A stretch of 64,000 nucleotides of DNA from Eledone cirrhosa (GCA_964016885.1 OZ024742.1:351106001-351170000), one strand, 5' to 3'. Positions 11,402 to 25,426 are shown, numbered from the stretch's first letter. Notes: generated from the sequence alone by a model not told the origin. Made by a program: numbers and translations.

Positions 11402-13140
11402 GGGAGGTCTTTGAAAAGGGTATGTCTTTCTAATAAGTGTTTTTTATGGAGGTACCTGGTCTTGTTACTATCTTAATATTAAGTTTATGTTTATCTAGGG
11501 CCCTTCTAAATTTGTAAGCTAATTCACCTCTCGGAGTTGTATCGATGAACATTACACTCTGGTATTTATTGCTATCATACCATGAGTTTATTCTATTAGC
11601 CTTATTCATTGTTCTTTCTATTCTATTCCAAAACTTGCTCCTATACAAGGGGCAGGTCCCATTTGTGTCATTATTTACCATTTTTTCCCATTTGGTTCTG
11701 GCTCCTCTATACACTCTGATTTTATCTCTCTGATTGTAACCAGAGAACTGCATACGGTGGATGAAGTGTTGTATGTGTCGCTCTAGTTCTTCGGGGTGGC
11801 ACATGCGGAACACGTTTCTCATCACCCATACCAAATCCGCAATCAGTATGTTGATTTTGGTATGGTCCGAAACAGCTGAGTTTCGGTGGATCAGATATTT
11901 GGAAGTCATGGGTTTGGCATAATGGGAATGGAGGATTTGTTTTTTGTTATTAATGGTATCTAACCAGAGCTCTGTGTCAAGTACAGGTAATCGATGGTTG
12001 GGGTGTTTTCTTGGGTATTCTATAGTAACTCTAATACTCTGGTGGATGGAGTTAGCTATTTGCTGGATGCTTTTCATTGTGTTTTACTCTAATTCCTGAC
12101 TGTTCTCTAGTGGGGCTATTTTAACTACGATATTTATATCATCAACGTAGCGGGAGTACATTAGCAGGGTAAGGGGTCTTCTAATTGTTCTTTAAGTTTA
12201 AGTTTAAGTCTACTGTCCCACCATGCCATGAATAAGTTAGCTATGTCGCCTTCAATGCTAACACCAGTGGCTGCTCTCTCCTCTTGGGCATATGTTTTTC
12301 CATTAAATTTGAACATATGTTCCTTAAGGGTTAATATTATGCTGTCCCCCACCGCATGTGCAATCATTTTCTTTAGTTCATCGTGGTTTTCGGGGGTCCA
12401 TATGGCTCTGGTCCATCCGTTCCATCTATCTGTGTGGGTTTTCTTGGCCAGTGAGGTAATGGTAGGTGGTCTGCCTCTTGCTGGTCTTGTATGGCAAGGT
12501 TGCTAAGGCATATGTGTCTAGATAATTATTAATATAGGTAAGTTTAAGTAGGAGTCCCAGCTCACTGGTATCAATCCAACGGAATTCAACATTGCTCTCA
12601 CTGATCATTTCTACGCATTTCTCCACAGCAAAATCCACGTCAATAGATGGATACAGGAACACAACTTCCATACTACCTATTATGCAGTTTGTTAGGTCCC
12701 TAGATCGGTTACTCTCGCCGATTCTGCTGAGGAGGTCCTCCGTGCTGTCACATACATCTGGGGACATTTCAACGATGGGGCGTATGATCAGTGAGAGGAA
12801 GTAGGACAGTCTGTATTTACTAGCAATGTTAGCTCCACAGACTGGCCGTGTTGGTGGTCCCGTGACAGGGTCACTGCTCTTTTTATGGTCTTTTCGAAGC
12901 CCATTCAACGCTGGCACGTCATTGTTCCAGGCCTGGAAGTTGTTGGCAGTCCTTTTGTTGGGCTGCATTATATTTGTCGACATCACCATATGGCCATTGA
13001 GGGCTTTTTCTCTATACTCATGCTCTTGTGGTGTTACTTCTCTTGTGATAGTGATGTGGGGTTGGATTGCCTGGATGTAGTTTGGCAGACTCTCAACCGA
13101 CATTCTGCCAGACTTGTCTGTTGGAAAGCATGCTATCTCT
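11402..13140 (-). pseudogene. Penelope-like RT, inverted partial copy with frameshifts
   Basis: ORF pieces contain NGLRKDHK, PTRPVCGAN, IGSMEVVFLYPSI, HMFKFNGKTYAQ, ANLFMAWWD, SRYVDD, LPVLD and HYAKPMTS. 11402-12400 is the reverse complement of the forward copies. Confidence 0.92.
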
Positions 13141-13156
13141 CCATTACGCGAGCGCT

Positions 13157-14367
13157 GGATGAACTAAAGAAAATGATTGCACATGCGGTGGGGGCCAGCA
13201 TAACATTAACCCTTAAGGAACATATGTTCAAATTTAATGGAAAAACATAGGCCCAAGAGGAGGGAGCAGCCTTTGGTGTTAGCATTGCAGGCGAGATAGC
13301 TAACTTATTCATGGTATGGTGGGACGGTAGACTTAAACTGAAACTTAAAGAACAATTAGGAGACGCCGTAACCCTGATAATGTACTCCCGCTACGTTGAT
13401 GATATAAACATCGTAGTTAAAACACCCCCACTAGAGAACAGTCAGGAATTAGTAAATAGCTAACTCCATCCACCAGAGTATTAGAGTTACTATAGACTAC
13501 CCAAGCAAACACCCCGACCATCGATTACCTGTACTAGACACAGATCTCTGGTTAGATACCATTAATAACAAAAAACAAATCCTCCATTCCCATTATGCCA
13601 AACCCATGACTTCCAAACATCTGATCCACCGAAACTCAGCTGTTTCGGACCATACCAAAATCAACATACTGATTGCGGATTTGGTACGGGAGATGAGAAA
13701 CGTGTCCCGCATGTGCAACTCCGAAGAACTAGAGAGACACATACAACACTTCATCCACCGTATACAGTTCTCTGGTTACAATCAGAGAGATAAAATCAGA
13801 GTGTATAGAGGAGCCAGAACAAAATGGGAAAAAATGGTAAATAATGACACAAATGGGACCTGCCCCTTGTATAGGAGCAAATTTTGGAATATAATAGAAA
13901 GAACTATGAATAAGGCTAATAGAATAAACTTATGGTATGATAGCAATAAATATCAGAGTGTAATGTTCATCGATACAACCCCTAGAGGTGAATTAGCTTA
14001 CAAATTTAAAAGGGCCCTAGATAAACATAAACTCAATATTAAGATAGTAGAAAGACCAGGTACCTCCGTAAAAACACTTATTAGCAAGACATACCCTTTT
14101 CAAAGACCCCCTGTATAGATAATAAATGTATAATCTGTAAATTAAGCCCCCATATTAACTGTAAAACTAGAAATGTAGTATATATCATAAGATGTACCGA
14201 AGGATAATGTAGAGATAAAAATATAGTGTACATAGGTGAGACAGCTAGTAGTATACGGGAACGGATAAATGAACATTGGCGAGACCTTCAAGATAGTAAA
14301 GAATCATCTGTACTCTACTAACATGCTAACATAGAACATAAGGGTAAATTAGAGAACATAGAAATAA
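13157..14367 (+). pseudogene. Penelope-like RT-GIY-YIG, first forward partial copy
   Basis: Same sequence as 14385-15627 with stops and a deletion. It breaks off inside the GIY-YIG domain. Confidence 0.92.
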
Positions 14368-16160
14368 CGGACCCCCGAAAACCACGATGAACTAAAGAAA
14401 ATGATTGCACGTACGGTGGGGGCCAGCATGAAATTAACCCTTAAGGAACATATGTTCAAATTTAATGGAAGAACATATGCCCAAGAGGAGGGAGCAGCCA
14501 TTGGTGTTAGCATTGCAGACGACATAGCTAATCTATTCATGGTATGGTGGGACAATAGACTTAAACTTAAATTTAGAGAACAATTAGAAGACCCCTTAAC
14601 CCTGATAATGTACTCCCGCTACGTTGATGATATAAACATCGTAGTAAAAACACCCCCACTAGAGAACAGTCAGGAATTAGAGAAAAACACAATGGAAAGC
14701 ATCCAGCAAATAGCTAACTCCATCCACCAGAGTATTAGAGTTACTATAGACTACCCAAATAAAAACCCCCAAACATCGATTACCTGTACTAGACACAGAG
14801 CTCTGGTTAGATACCATTAATAACAAAAAAACAAATCCTCCATTCCCATTATGCCAAACCCATGTCTTCCAAATATCTGATCCACCGAAACTCAGCTGTT
14901 TCGGACCATACCAAAATCAACATACTGATTGCGGATTTGGTATGGGTGATGAGAAACGTGTTCCGCATGTGCAACCCCAAAGAACTAAAGAGACACATAC
15001 AACACTTCATCCACCGTATGCAGTTCTCTGGCTACAATCACAGAGATAACATCAGAGAATATAGAGGGAGCCCGAACCAAATGGGAATAAATGGTAATTA
15101 ATGAAACAAATGGGACCTGCCCCTTGTATAGGAGCACATTTTGGAATAGAATAGAAAGAACTAGGAATAACGTTAATAGAATAAACTCATGGTATGATAG
15201 CAATAAATACCAGAGTGTAATGTTCATCGATAAAACCCCTAGAGGTGAATTAGCTTACAAATTTAGAAGGACCATAGATAAACATAAACTTAATATTAAG
15301 ATAGTAGAAAGACCAGGTATCTCCATACAAACACTTATTAGCAATACATGCCATTTTCAAAGACCTCCCTGTATAGATAGGAAATGTATAATCTGTAAAT
15401 TAAGCCCCCATATTAACTGTAAAACTAGAAATGTAGTATATATCATAAGATGTACTGAAGGACAATGTAGAGATAAAAATATAGTCTACATGGGTGAGAC
15501 AGCTCGTAGTATAGCGGAACGGATAAATGAACATTGGCGAGACCTTCAAGATAGTAAAGAATCATCTGTACTCTACCAACATGCTAAAATAGAACATAAG
15601 GGTAAATTAGAGAACATAGAAATAAAAATAGAATCTACACACAGAAAAGACGCAATGTTTAGACAAATCACAGAGGCCATAAACATAAATGAATTTCAAC
15701 CAAAATTAAATAGAAAACATGAGTGGAACAGCAACATCGCAACTTACAATTAAGGACAAAATGAAAACACATTCGCATATAGAACAAACAACCAACCAGT
15801 AACATGCAAATAAACAAATAAATAAACGAATATAAACACACACGGACACCCGGATGTAACACATGCGCAAACTAAGCACACAACACACACACAAAAACAA
15901 GATGGCGTAGGACAGAACAAAGGTGAGGCACAAAAAGAAAAAAAAGAACCCCGAGTCACTGAAGAGGTCACAGAATGTGTGACGAAAAACTTTGACAATA
16001 TATAAACAACCATCTGGTTGTGGAACCAATCAACCAACCGGAAATTCTTAAATTCCTAAATTTAAATATAAATTTATTATAATAAATTGAAATGAAATCA
16101 TCTTGTGCGGGTGTTTCTTATTGGCAACATGACCCTCCCAAAGTATAACAGTACATAAAT
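14368..16160 (+). mobile_element. Penelope-like element 3' half (RT core, GIY-YIG endonuclease, pseudo-LTR), possibly Nematis-type
   Basis: GAAIGVSIADDIANLFM…YSRYVDD; CKTRNVVYIIRC…YMGETARSIAERINEH…HAKIEH…RQITEAI…LN (ORF 15091-15753); HHR at 15955. The clade is assigned from remembered motifs only. Confidence 0.92.
15955..15996 (+). ncRNA. Minimal type I hammerhead in the PLE pseudo-LTR
   Basis: GTCA-CTGAAGA-G-GTCACA-GAATG-TGTGAC-GAAA-AAC-TT-TGAC. The first G of stem II lacks a partner. Confidence 0.7.
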
Positions 16161-16183
16161 ATATATATATATATATATATATA

Positions 16184-16458
16184 TTGGAAAATGTGTGTAA
16201 TCCTTGGTACAGTTAGGTATATTAAGACAGGGGGGAAGAAAAAATGGCTTCACTTGTGCTTTCAACAAATTTATTTTCTTCACAAAATCCAAAAATAATT
16301 TTTCTTAAAAAAAATTATTTTATAAACAACCAACAACTTAATTTATAAAATAATTTTTTTTAAGAAAAATTCTTTTTGGATTTTGTGAAGAAAATAAATT
16401 GTTGAAAGCACAAGTGAAGCCATTTTTTCTCCCCCCCCCCCCCCCCTGTCTTAATATA
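16184..16458. repeat. Fold-back element in (TA)n, with arms of about 110 bp and a one-sided tail
   Basis: 16218-16326 is the reverse complement of 16342-16458, with a 15-bp spacer. Confidence 0.88.
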
Positions 16459-16980
16459 TATATATATATATATATAATTAATACAATAACGGAGATAGTT
16501 TAAAGCTAAACTCTGACTGGTAACCATCTCACTCAACAAACATCAGGTTATATTAAAATATAAACCCAATTTAAGTGTTTGGGGTGCTAACAATATGTAT
16601 AATGTGGAAAAACCAGTTGTATTATTTTATGAGATATAATTAATGTTAAAGTATATCTCTCTTTCCAAACAATTGTTTCATTATAAGTTTTTTACAAGTT
16701 TGGGAGAATGTTTCCTGTTTATGTAGAAGCCTAATATATATTCATGTAAGAATATATTTAGGTGGGCACTTATAAATCGTAAGTGGAAGCCCATTAAACA
16801 TTGATATAAGAAAACAATTTCTTACCGCTGTCAAAAATCATGTCCGTAAAGTTGATCTCTCTCACCTCGAATGACCGCTAAAGTTGAAATTCCAGCAGTT
16901 TTTGACTGAGGAAGTATCATAGCGACGCGAAGCGGGAAGGGGAGACAACCCACGAAATGAGGAAAAAATAATAATATACA

Positions 16981-17011
<31 letters not shown>

Positions 17012-17014
<3 letters not shown>

Positions 17015-17402
17015 CATGAAATGACAGGAGGCTGGACTTGTGTAAATCGAGGGCGACCGGCTAAGGTAGAGGGTGCAAGATGGCGGTCGCCCTCCGGTCC
17101 TCGATTTTCATCCCCATGGATTTTATCTATTACATTCACGTATTATATTTCGAATACCTGATGATATCACCGGATTCATACGGAACCCGGTCATTGAAAT
17201 GATCATAGTATAATAAACCTTTCAAGGATTTACACAAATCCAGCCTCCTGTCATTTCATTATATTTAACTCCGTAATAGCACCACCAACTAAAAAAACAA
17301 AGACGGTTGAACTGGTTTACGTTGAGTACTCTCTCTATTATTACATTACGATTGACCATAGGGAATAGACCAGCTCTATACAGTGGTGAACCTCAGACCT
17401 GA

Positions 17403-17403
<1 letters not shown>
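17012..17403 (+). mobile_element. ORF-less pseudo-LTR element with a short 5' inversion
   Basis: 17016-17048 is the reverse complement of 17227-17259. It contains an HHR and AATAAA and is flanked by (TA)n. Confidence 0.75.
17154..17211 (+). ncRNA. Type I hammerhead ribozyme
   Basis: ATAC-CTGATGA-stem II (TATCACCGGATTC/GAACCCGGTCATT)-GAAA-TGATCA-TA-GTAT, followed by AATAAA. Stem III is palindromic. Confidence 0.78.
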
Positions 17404-17436
<33 letters not shown>

Positions 17437-17457
17437 ATATATATATATGTATATAAT

Positions 17458-17619
17458 ATAACGAAGGACATGTGGTAAGGAACCAAGTGGACCATAACGC
17501 ACCAAAGTACTCAATACTTAGGGTAGTAGAGTGGGTAATAGGAACAAGTAAGACCCCGACGGCTGAATTAGCCGTTGAAACGGCTTGAGCTCGGCCGTCG
17601 GGGTCTTACTTGTTCCTAT
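17458..17619 (-). mobile_element. GACGGCT fold-back family, copy 1 (collapsed palindrome)
   Basis: Tail AACGAAGGA.ATGTGGTAAGGAACCA.GTGGACC… plus palindrome ATAGGAACAAGTAAGACCCC…GGGGTCTTACTTGTTCCTAT, in (TA)n. Confidence 0.9.
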
Positions 17620-17660
17620 GTATATATATATATATACATGTATGTATATATATATATATG

Positions 17661-17755
<95 letters not shown>

Positions 17756-17792
17756 GTATATATATATGTATATATATATGTATATGTATATA

Positions 17793-18360
<568 letters not shown>

Positions 18361-18439
18361 TTCATATATATAAATAGATATATATAGATATATATATATA
18401 TAAATATATATACATATATATATATATATACACATATAT

Positions 18440-18526
<87 letters not shown>

Positions 18527-18748
18527 CATATAATTTTATAATTTTCTTATTTTACGTCTCTCATATTATTGTTCTGCAACCCATGCATTGAACCACAACG
18601 CTACTAAGACAAAACCTATGTATTTGCAAGCATTGGTATGCATCTGTGTGTATATATATGTTACTAGATATATTAATTCTTTATAATCATATATATATAT
18701 ATATATATACATGTATATATATACTTATATGTATACATATACATTTAT

Positions 18749-18838
<90 letters not shown>

Positions 18839-18841
18839 GTA

Positions 18842-19401
18842 GATAAATCTACCAAGAGTTTACGGTAGTATCCAATCCGTATGAAGAACTCAATGTAATC
18901 CGGATATCATGGAAAGAAGAGATGCAATGAAAAATCACTTTCGGTGAAAGATAAACGGAATACAGAGTCAAGATAAAATATTAAAAAAATAATGAATAAA
19001 ACAATGAAACAGTTCCTTATATTAAACAAAAAAAGTTCATTATTTAACGATCGTTTCTGGGATATATATATGTTAGAATTGGCATGTATATTTAACAGAT
19101 CTATGTACAAAATTATACAAAATTATACAAACTAGCAAAATTAAATATACATACCAACTCATATATATGCCGTCTTCAGAAATAATCTGTTATTTCTGAA
19201 GACGGCATATATATGAGTTGGTATGTATATTTAATTTTGATAGTTTGTATAATTTTGTATAATTTTGTACATAGATCTGTTAAATATACATGCCAATTCT
19301 AACACATATATATCCCAGAAACGATCGTTAAATAATGAACTTTTTTTGTTTAATATAAGGAACTGTTTCATTGTTTTATTCATTATTTTTTTTATATTTT
19401 A
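18842..19401. mobile_element. Fold-back pseudo-LTR with arms of about 210 bp and an HHR on each strand
   Basis: About 18975-19185 is the reverse complement of 19190-19401, with a 4-bp spacer TCTG. One-sided tail at 18842-18975; (TA)n flanks. Confidence 0.9.
19190..19335 (+). ncRNA. Type I hammerhead with a long stem II (mirror copy at 19040-19185, minus strand)
   Basis: TTATTT-CTGAAGA-long stem II (CGGCATATATATG…CATATATATCCCA)-GAAA-CGATCG-TT-AAATAA. Confidence 0.75.
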
Positions 19402-19421
19402 TATATATATATATATATTTA

Positions 19422-19489
<68 letters not shown>

Positions 19490-19497
19490 CATATGTT

Positions 19498-19695
19498 TAT
19501 AGGAACGTGTAGGACCCCGACGGCTGAGCTCAAGCCGTTTCGACAGCTAATTCTGAGTCCAGAATTAGCCGTCGAAACGGCTTGAGCTCAGCCGTCGCGG
19601 TCCTACTCGTTCCTATTACCCTCTATACCAGCCTAAGTATTGAGTGCTTTGGTGCGTTATGGTCCACCTGGTTCCTAACCACATTTCCTTCGTTA
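19498..19695 (+). mobile_element. GACGGCT fold-back family, copy 2
   Basis: Palindrome centred at about 19556, followed by the family tail …CATTTCCTTCGTTA. Confidence 0.9.
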
Positions 19696-19702
19696 CATAT
19701 GT

Positions 19703-19861
<159 letters not shown>

Positions 19862-19878
19862 TGTATACATATATATAT

Positions 19879-19926
<48 letters not shown>

Positions 19927-21929
19927 TAGCCTCACATAGAAATTTGTTTCAGCACACTGTCTGAGATATTTGGCGAAATGTTATTATACATTTGTACATG
20001 GTAGACTGCAATTATGTGGGCTTGCATACTTCCACAGCCCGACTGGCGGCCTGTGCTGTATTCTACATTTTATACTAAAAGAAAGCCACGCTTTGTACAT
20101 TTCTTAAGGCGTTAAGCTATTTATTGTTAGTTCTATAGTAGACACATATTGTTGAGTAAACAGAAAATAAAAATATTCACGTAAGCTTGTTATCGACATT
20201 GCTGGTGACAGATACGAATAAACATGGCAGTATTTTATTGAATTCCACACCTACAGATATCAGATGCCTTTAATCAAAATGATTGGAGTGTAGGAACATA
20301 TGGTAGAAATGTGATTTACGAAAGAAACAAAAGAATCGTGATAAGATTTTAAAAATAATTCTCCTTTAATTCCGAAATCACGAACTACTTATACATTGAA
20401 AAGTATAAAAGACTGTAGTGGAATAGATTTAAATTGAAAAGTAGATTTGGGGGTGGGGGGGTGGGGGGGCTACTTGAATGCCAGTTTGAGTTGATTATGT
20501 ATTCTACAAAGCAGTTTGTCATTTTAAACTATTTATTTAAATCTTGCTAATTAGTACCGAATGCCTCTTGAAGAATTAAGATCATTGTCAGCTGTTCTCT
20601 ACCCTCTAGCATGGATGAAAGAAAATGACACAAATTGGACTTGAATGGTATAATTATAATTGACAATTCCCAAGTAAAAAAAATGGTTGAATCGATTTCA
20701 CAGGAAAGGAGAACTGAAATGTTTGTTTACTTTCTATTTAGAATTATTTGGTTTATTAGCTGCATTCATATTTGTAGGTTAACTTAAAGAGGGTGATATG
20801 ACAACCTTGATGAGCTCCTCGCGTGCAACATCAGAAAAGGAAGATAAAAACTAGGAACAAAAAAAAAAAGAAAATGTATTTATCTTACGAAAACCTTCAA
20901 GGGATATCTTGGTCTATAATCGAGGCAATTCCATGTAATTCTAGCTTCAAAACAATTTATAACAGAGGCAGAAGTACAAAACTGTCTATTAGATGCATAG
21001 CAGTAGTAATTCTAAAGTTAGTAATTCTATCATTCCCAGAAAGAGAGAAAAGATAATTGAGCTCAGTGGAGTTTGAACACAGGAAGTAACTAAATAACGC
21101 TAATAGTTGTACGGTACGCTATAAGGAATCTACAATCCATATCCCAACGCTTCCTAATATCACCAATAGTTTAAATACTAAGAAGACACTGAATATATCA
21201 TAAGCAGAGGATTACATGAGCATTGTTTCAATCCTATATTAAAATAATATCTTAAAAAGAAAGTTATATTAAAAGAATATCTAGAATTGTTCCAAGTTCT
21301 AATGAAATTATATATTTTCAGTTAGATGTAAGGGTCATGTTCCATTAAATAAAGCCCTCATATAACGTAGAACAGCGGAATATAGCTAAATACCCGGATT
21401 GAACTGATATATTCCTTTATGTACGGGTTGCCGCCCAAACATCTAGCGTCTTCATTCCCAGAACTGCGATTTACTCCGCAAAACTCGGAGGTGAGCTTGC
21501 TACATGAGGACCAATAGTTTCGAGGATGAGTCGCTGAATCAGCGGATAACTGCTCTGTTGCAAAGCTGTCTTTATTTTGTCTGCGGAGCGAAGCCAAGTT
21601 AGACTACCTGAACTGTGGGGTTGATTCCGCTAGTCCCCAAACTTTCAACGTCTTTCAGTATTATTTCTGTTATATCAAACGTTATATAATTTAATTGATC
21701 TTTGATGAAAAGAACTACCATGCCCCTCAAAAAGAAAAAAAGAAAAATCTGTTTGGTATATTAGAAATAGATTTTTTTCCTACAGCATATCACATAAACG
21801 TGTATTTCAACTGAACATAGCATTCCCACACCAACAACAAATGCATATATTACATCTTGGATTACATTAGGGAAACATTGAAATAATTATTATGAATAAA
21901 CGATTTACGTAAAACGGTTGAAATCTTCA

Positions 21930-24900
21930 TGGAAAGAGACGGGAAACAGAAAGATTAAGACAATACGAAAGACGATCGCAACTTTCTAAAAGTGACCAGA
22001 ACATGAGAAGTGAAACAGAAAGATTAAGTCAAGAACAAAGACGATCTTAACAAATGGAGGCTGAATATGCAAGCCACAGAGAGACAATGAGAGTTGTAAT
22101 GCAAACACGACGGCACAAATGACTCTTCAAGGCAAAATAAACTCGCTAAGAGCTGTGTTTTCATATGATCCATCAAGAAATTATAGAAATGATCCTAAAG
22201 TCGTGATTTGTAGCATGGATATTCTATGTAGTAGTTGTGGAGCGAGAAAATGAAGAGGAGAAACACTTGGCATGTGTTGCTTAGGGAGAAAAGTCAGATT
22301 GCCACTCGTAGAAGACGCTCCACCTGTTATTCGTATACTGCGTATTTCTCATACTAACGAAGCTAAACACTTCAGGAGCAATGTTATGCGCCATAATGCT
22401 ACATTTTTGATGACGGCCGTTAGAGCTGAAAACGATCATACTGACTATGGTTATTTCACAACATATAAAATCCAAGGACAATACTACCATTTAATCGGCA
22501 GCTTACTCTTCCAGCCTAATGAGGAAACACAATTCCTTCCAGTTTATATTTTGGGCAATAATGAACAAGAAGCTACTCAACGATGCAGAAATATTTCCAG
22601 TCGTCTTCAGCTACAATTACTAGCTGTCTGCAAAATATACTTCATGAAAACCATCATTACATAAGAGTATTCAAATTTGCCTTAGAAAAAGAAAAAGGCA
22701 GACCCCATGTATAAAATTACTATTAGACTTGATAAGAAAACAGCAAAAGAACACAAAAGACGTTACAACAATCCACTGGAAGAAGACGTCAGAGGGTATA
22801 TTACACTGAGGAAAATGTACAATTGAGTCCTGCGTCTCCTCCAGACTCAACGCTCATTGCTTCTTTTAAGGTTTGTGGAGAAGATACCTTTGGTAAAACG
22901 TTGCTTTATCATGAGGTTCCCACATTCTACACATGGAATAAAAATAATTGGAGCAGATGAAAGATAGACAATCATGTGGTTGGCTATCAATACATCAAAG
23001 TAAGTGGTGCAATAGGAAGAGTTTACACGGTACATCCTAGACATAGGGAATGTTTCCATTTGAGGTTACTCCTTCACACTGTTACAGGGCCAACATCATT
23101 TGGAAATGTGAAAATTGTACATGGAACTCCCCGTGTAATGTATGCTGAAGTATGTAAATTACGTGGTCTACTTGAAGATGGGGAATATTTGAAAAAGACA
23201 TTGGAAGAGAACGCAGCCACACAAATGCTTAAAGAGCTTCGAGTGCTCTTCGCTGTAATGCTCACTACGTGTAATATTTAAGATCTCTTGAGTCTCTGGG
23301 AAAACTATAAGACTTGTCGGAATATATGTTGCACGGGATCAAACTTCAAATCACTAGCATTAATGTAGATTTCTCTCCACCTATCCATAATGAAGTACTT
23401 TCAGAAATTAACCACCTGAGTTAAATTGGCTGGTCCGTTAAGGATTGCGGTTTACTAGAACGTGAGGATACAGTTGCATCCTCTATTGCACAGGATATAT
23501 TAAAGCAGATGAATTATGACATCAACAAGGTTACACAATATGTCAATGAAAATAAAGAAAAACTGATTGAAGATCAAAGAATTGATTATGAAAACATATT
23601 GACCAGTATCGACCAGAATGAAACAGGCCTTTACATCTTGGAGAGGGAACTGGTAAAACCACATTGGCAAAAGTAAGGCAGCGAAAGCAGATTTGGCTGT
23701 CGCATCGAGTGGTATTGCTGCTACCTTGCTGGAGGCAAAACAGCACACTCAACGTTCAAATTGCCATCGAATGTCACAAGAGAAGACCCTCCTTCGTGCA
23801 ATATCAAAAAGAACACACCAAAAGCTTTTAGAGAAATGCTCCGTGATGATATGGGATGGGACCACAATGGCACATAGAAAGTTATTTGAGGCTCTGGACC
23901 ATTCTTTAAGAGACATTAGAGGATGTAATGAAATCATGGGAAGAGTAATGATGGTGCTTGTTGGTGCCTTCAGATAGATTCTCTCCGTCATTCCTAAAGG
24001 CACGAGAGCTGATATTGTAAACGCTTGCCTCAAAGTCTAAACTATATGGCAACAAGTCCAGCGAAAACCCTTGAGGACAAACAGGAGAGTGCAATGATGC
24101 AGAAATTGATACTTTTGCAAAATAGTTAATTAAACTGGGTGAAGGAAAAATTCAACAAGATGAAAATGGAGGAGTCATCCTTCCATTGGGAAATGTCTGT
24201 AATACAGCAAATAAACTAATTGATTAAATATTTCCAAATGTTGCCTCAAATTATATCAATCAATCATGGCAGTTTGAACGAGTGGTTTTAGCGCCAAAAA
24301 ATAATATGGTAAATAAGGTCAACTGGATACGCTCCCAGGGGCGGTTCATATATATTTCTCCATTGACAAGATTGAAAAGGATGACAAAGCTGTTAATTAT
24401 TCTGCAGAGTTTCTTAATAGTCTGGAACTTCCTGGAATTCCTTCACAGAAATTAACGCTAAAAATTGAAACTCCCATTGTACTTTTGAGAAACCTGGACC
24501 CACCACGTCTATGCAATGGCTCGCGCTTAACAGTGAAGCGTATCATGAAACATCTCATAGAGGTAATTATATTTGGAGGCAATCATCAAGTCAAAAATGC
24601 ATTCATTCCAAAGATTCCATTTATCCCTTCTTCTACCGAGTTGCCATTCAAATTCTCAAGAATTCCGATCCCCGTTAGAGTCAGTTTTGCTATGACCATA
24701 AATAAAACTCAGGGTCAGAGTTTCAAAGTCGTAGGATTGAATCCCAGAGAATCAAGTTTTGCCCTTGAACAATTATATGCTGGTGGTTCATGAACGCTAA
24801 AACAAACAATCTGTTGTATCTAGAAGTCTTTTTACTTTGTTTGTCGCACGCACACACCACAGTCTCGTCTCATACTGTAAACGAGACAACGAATCCAATG

Positions 24901-24972
24901 CAGTCATTTTTTCTTCTACCTGTCTTCTCTTATCAACTGTTCACCCGGGCGAAGCCCAGTATCTCAGCTAGT
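21930..24972 (+). mobile_element. Degenerate, internally deleted Helitron (Rep N-terminus plus PIF1-like helicase)
   Basis: Motifs CCLGRKVRLP, YKIQGQYYHLIGSLL, IGRVYTVHP…ECFHLRLLLHTVTGPTSF, GTGKT, AVASSGIAATLL, LRNLDPPRLCNGSRL and FAMTINKTQGQS. A 3' hairpin CCGGGC-GAA-GCCCAG is followed by CTAG|T at 24968-24972. The 5' end is not defined. Confidence 0.93.
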
Positions 24973-24974
24973 CT

Positions 24975-25215
24975 TATATTCTTGTGGGATCTCAAGGATA
25001 GTAACATCCCGTACTCTATTGATTGGTCTATATTAGACCATTCGAGGGAGTACCAAATGGGGCACAAAGAATTGTTCTTTGTGTACCACACACAAGTATA
25101 GGATTTTGCTAAACTTGAGAGCTACTTCCGCTTGCCTTAACTCAAAGACTGAGATCTTCAGATGCTGTCCTCATCTGAAATCGCATCTGATCTGTAACTG
25201 GATTGACACTCCTAT
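24975..25215 (+). pseudogene. C-terminal GIY-YIG fragment of a Penelope-like element
   Basis: Translates, with a frameshift, to FLWDLKDSNIPYSIDWSIL…Y…CSLC…LNSKTEIFRCCPH. Confidence 0.75.
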
Positions 25216-25426
25216 GATAAATCAACCGCCTTGAACTCCTTTTCTGCTCTTTACTTCTGCTACGGTTTTTATTTTGCTGATTCTACGTTCTGTACTCGTG
25301 TATATTTACTTATTTTTCTCCCTCACCTCCCCTTATATTTTACCTCCTCTTATGCCCCCCCCCCCCATATATTCTTTTTGTTTTGCCCTTTACATAACTA
25401 TGTGTATGTGTATGTATATTTGTGTG

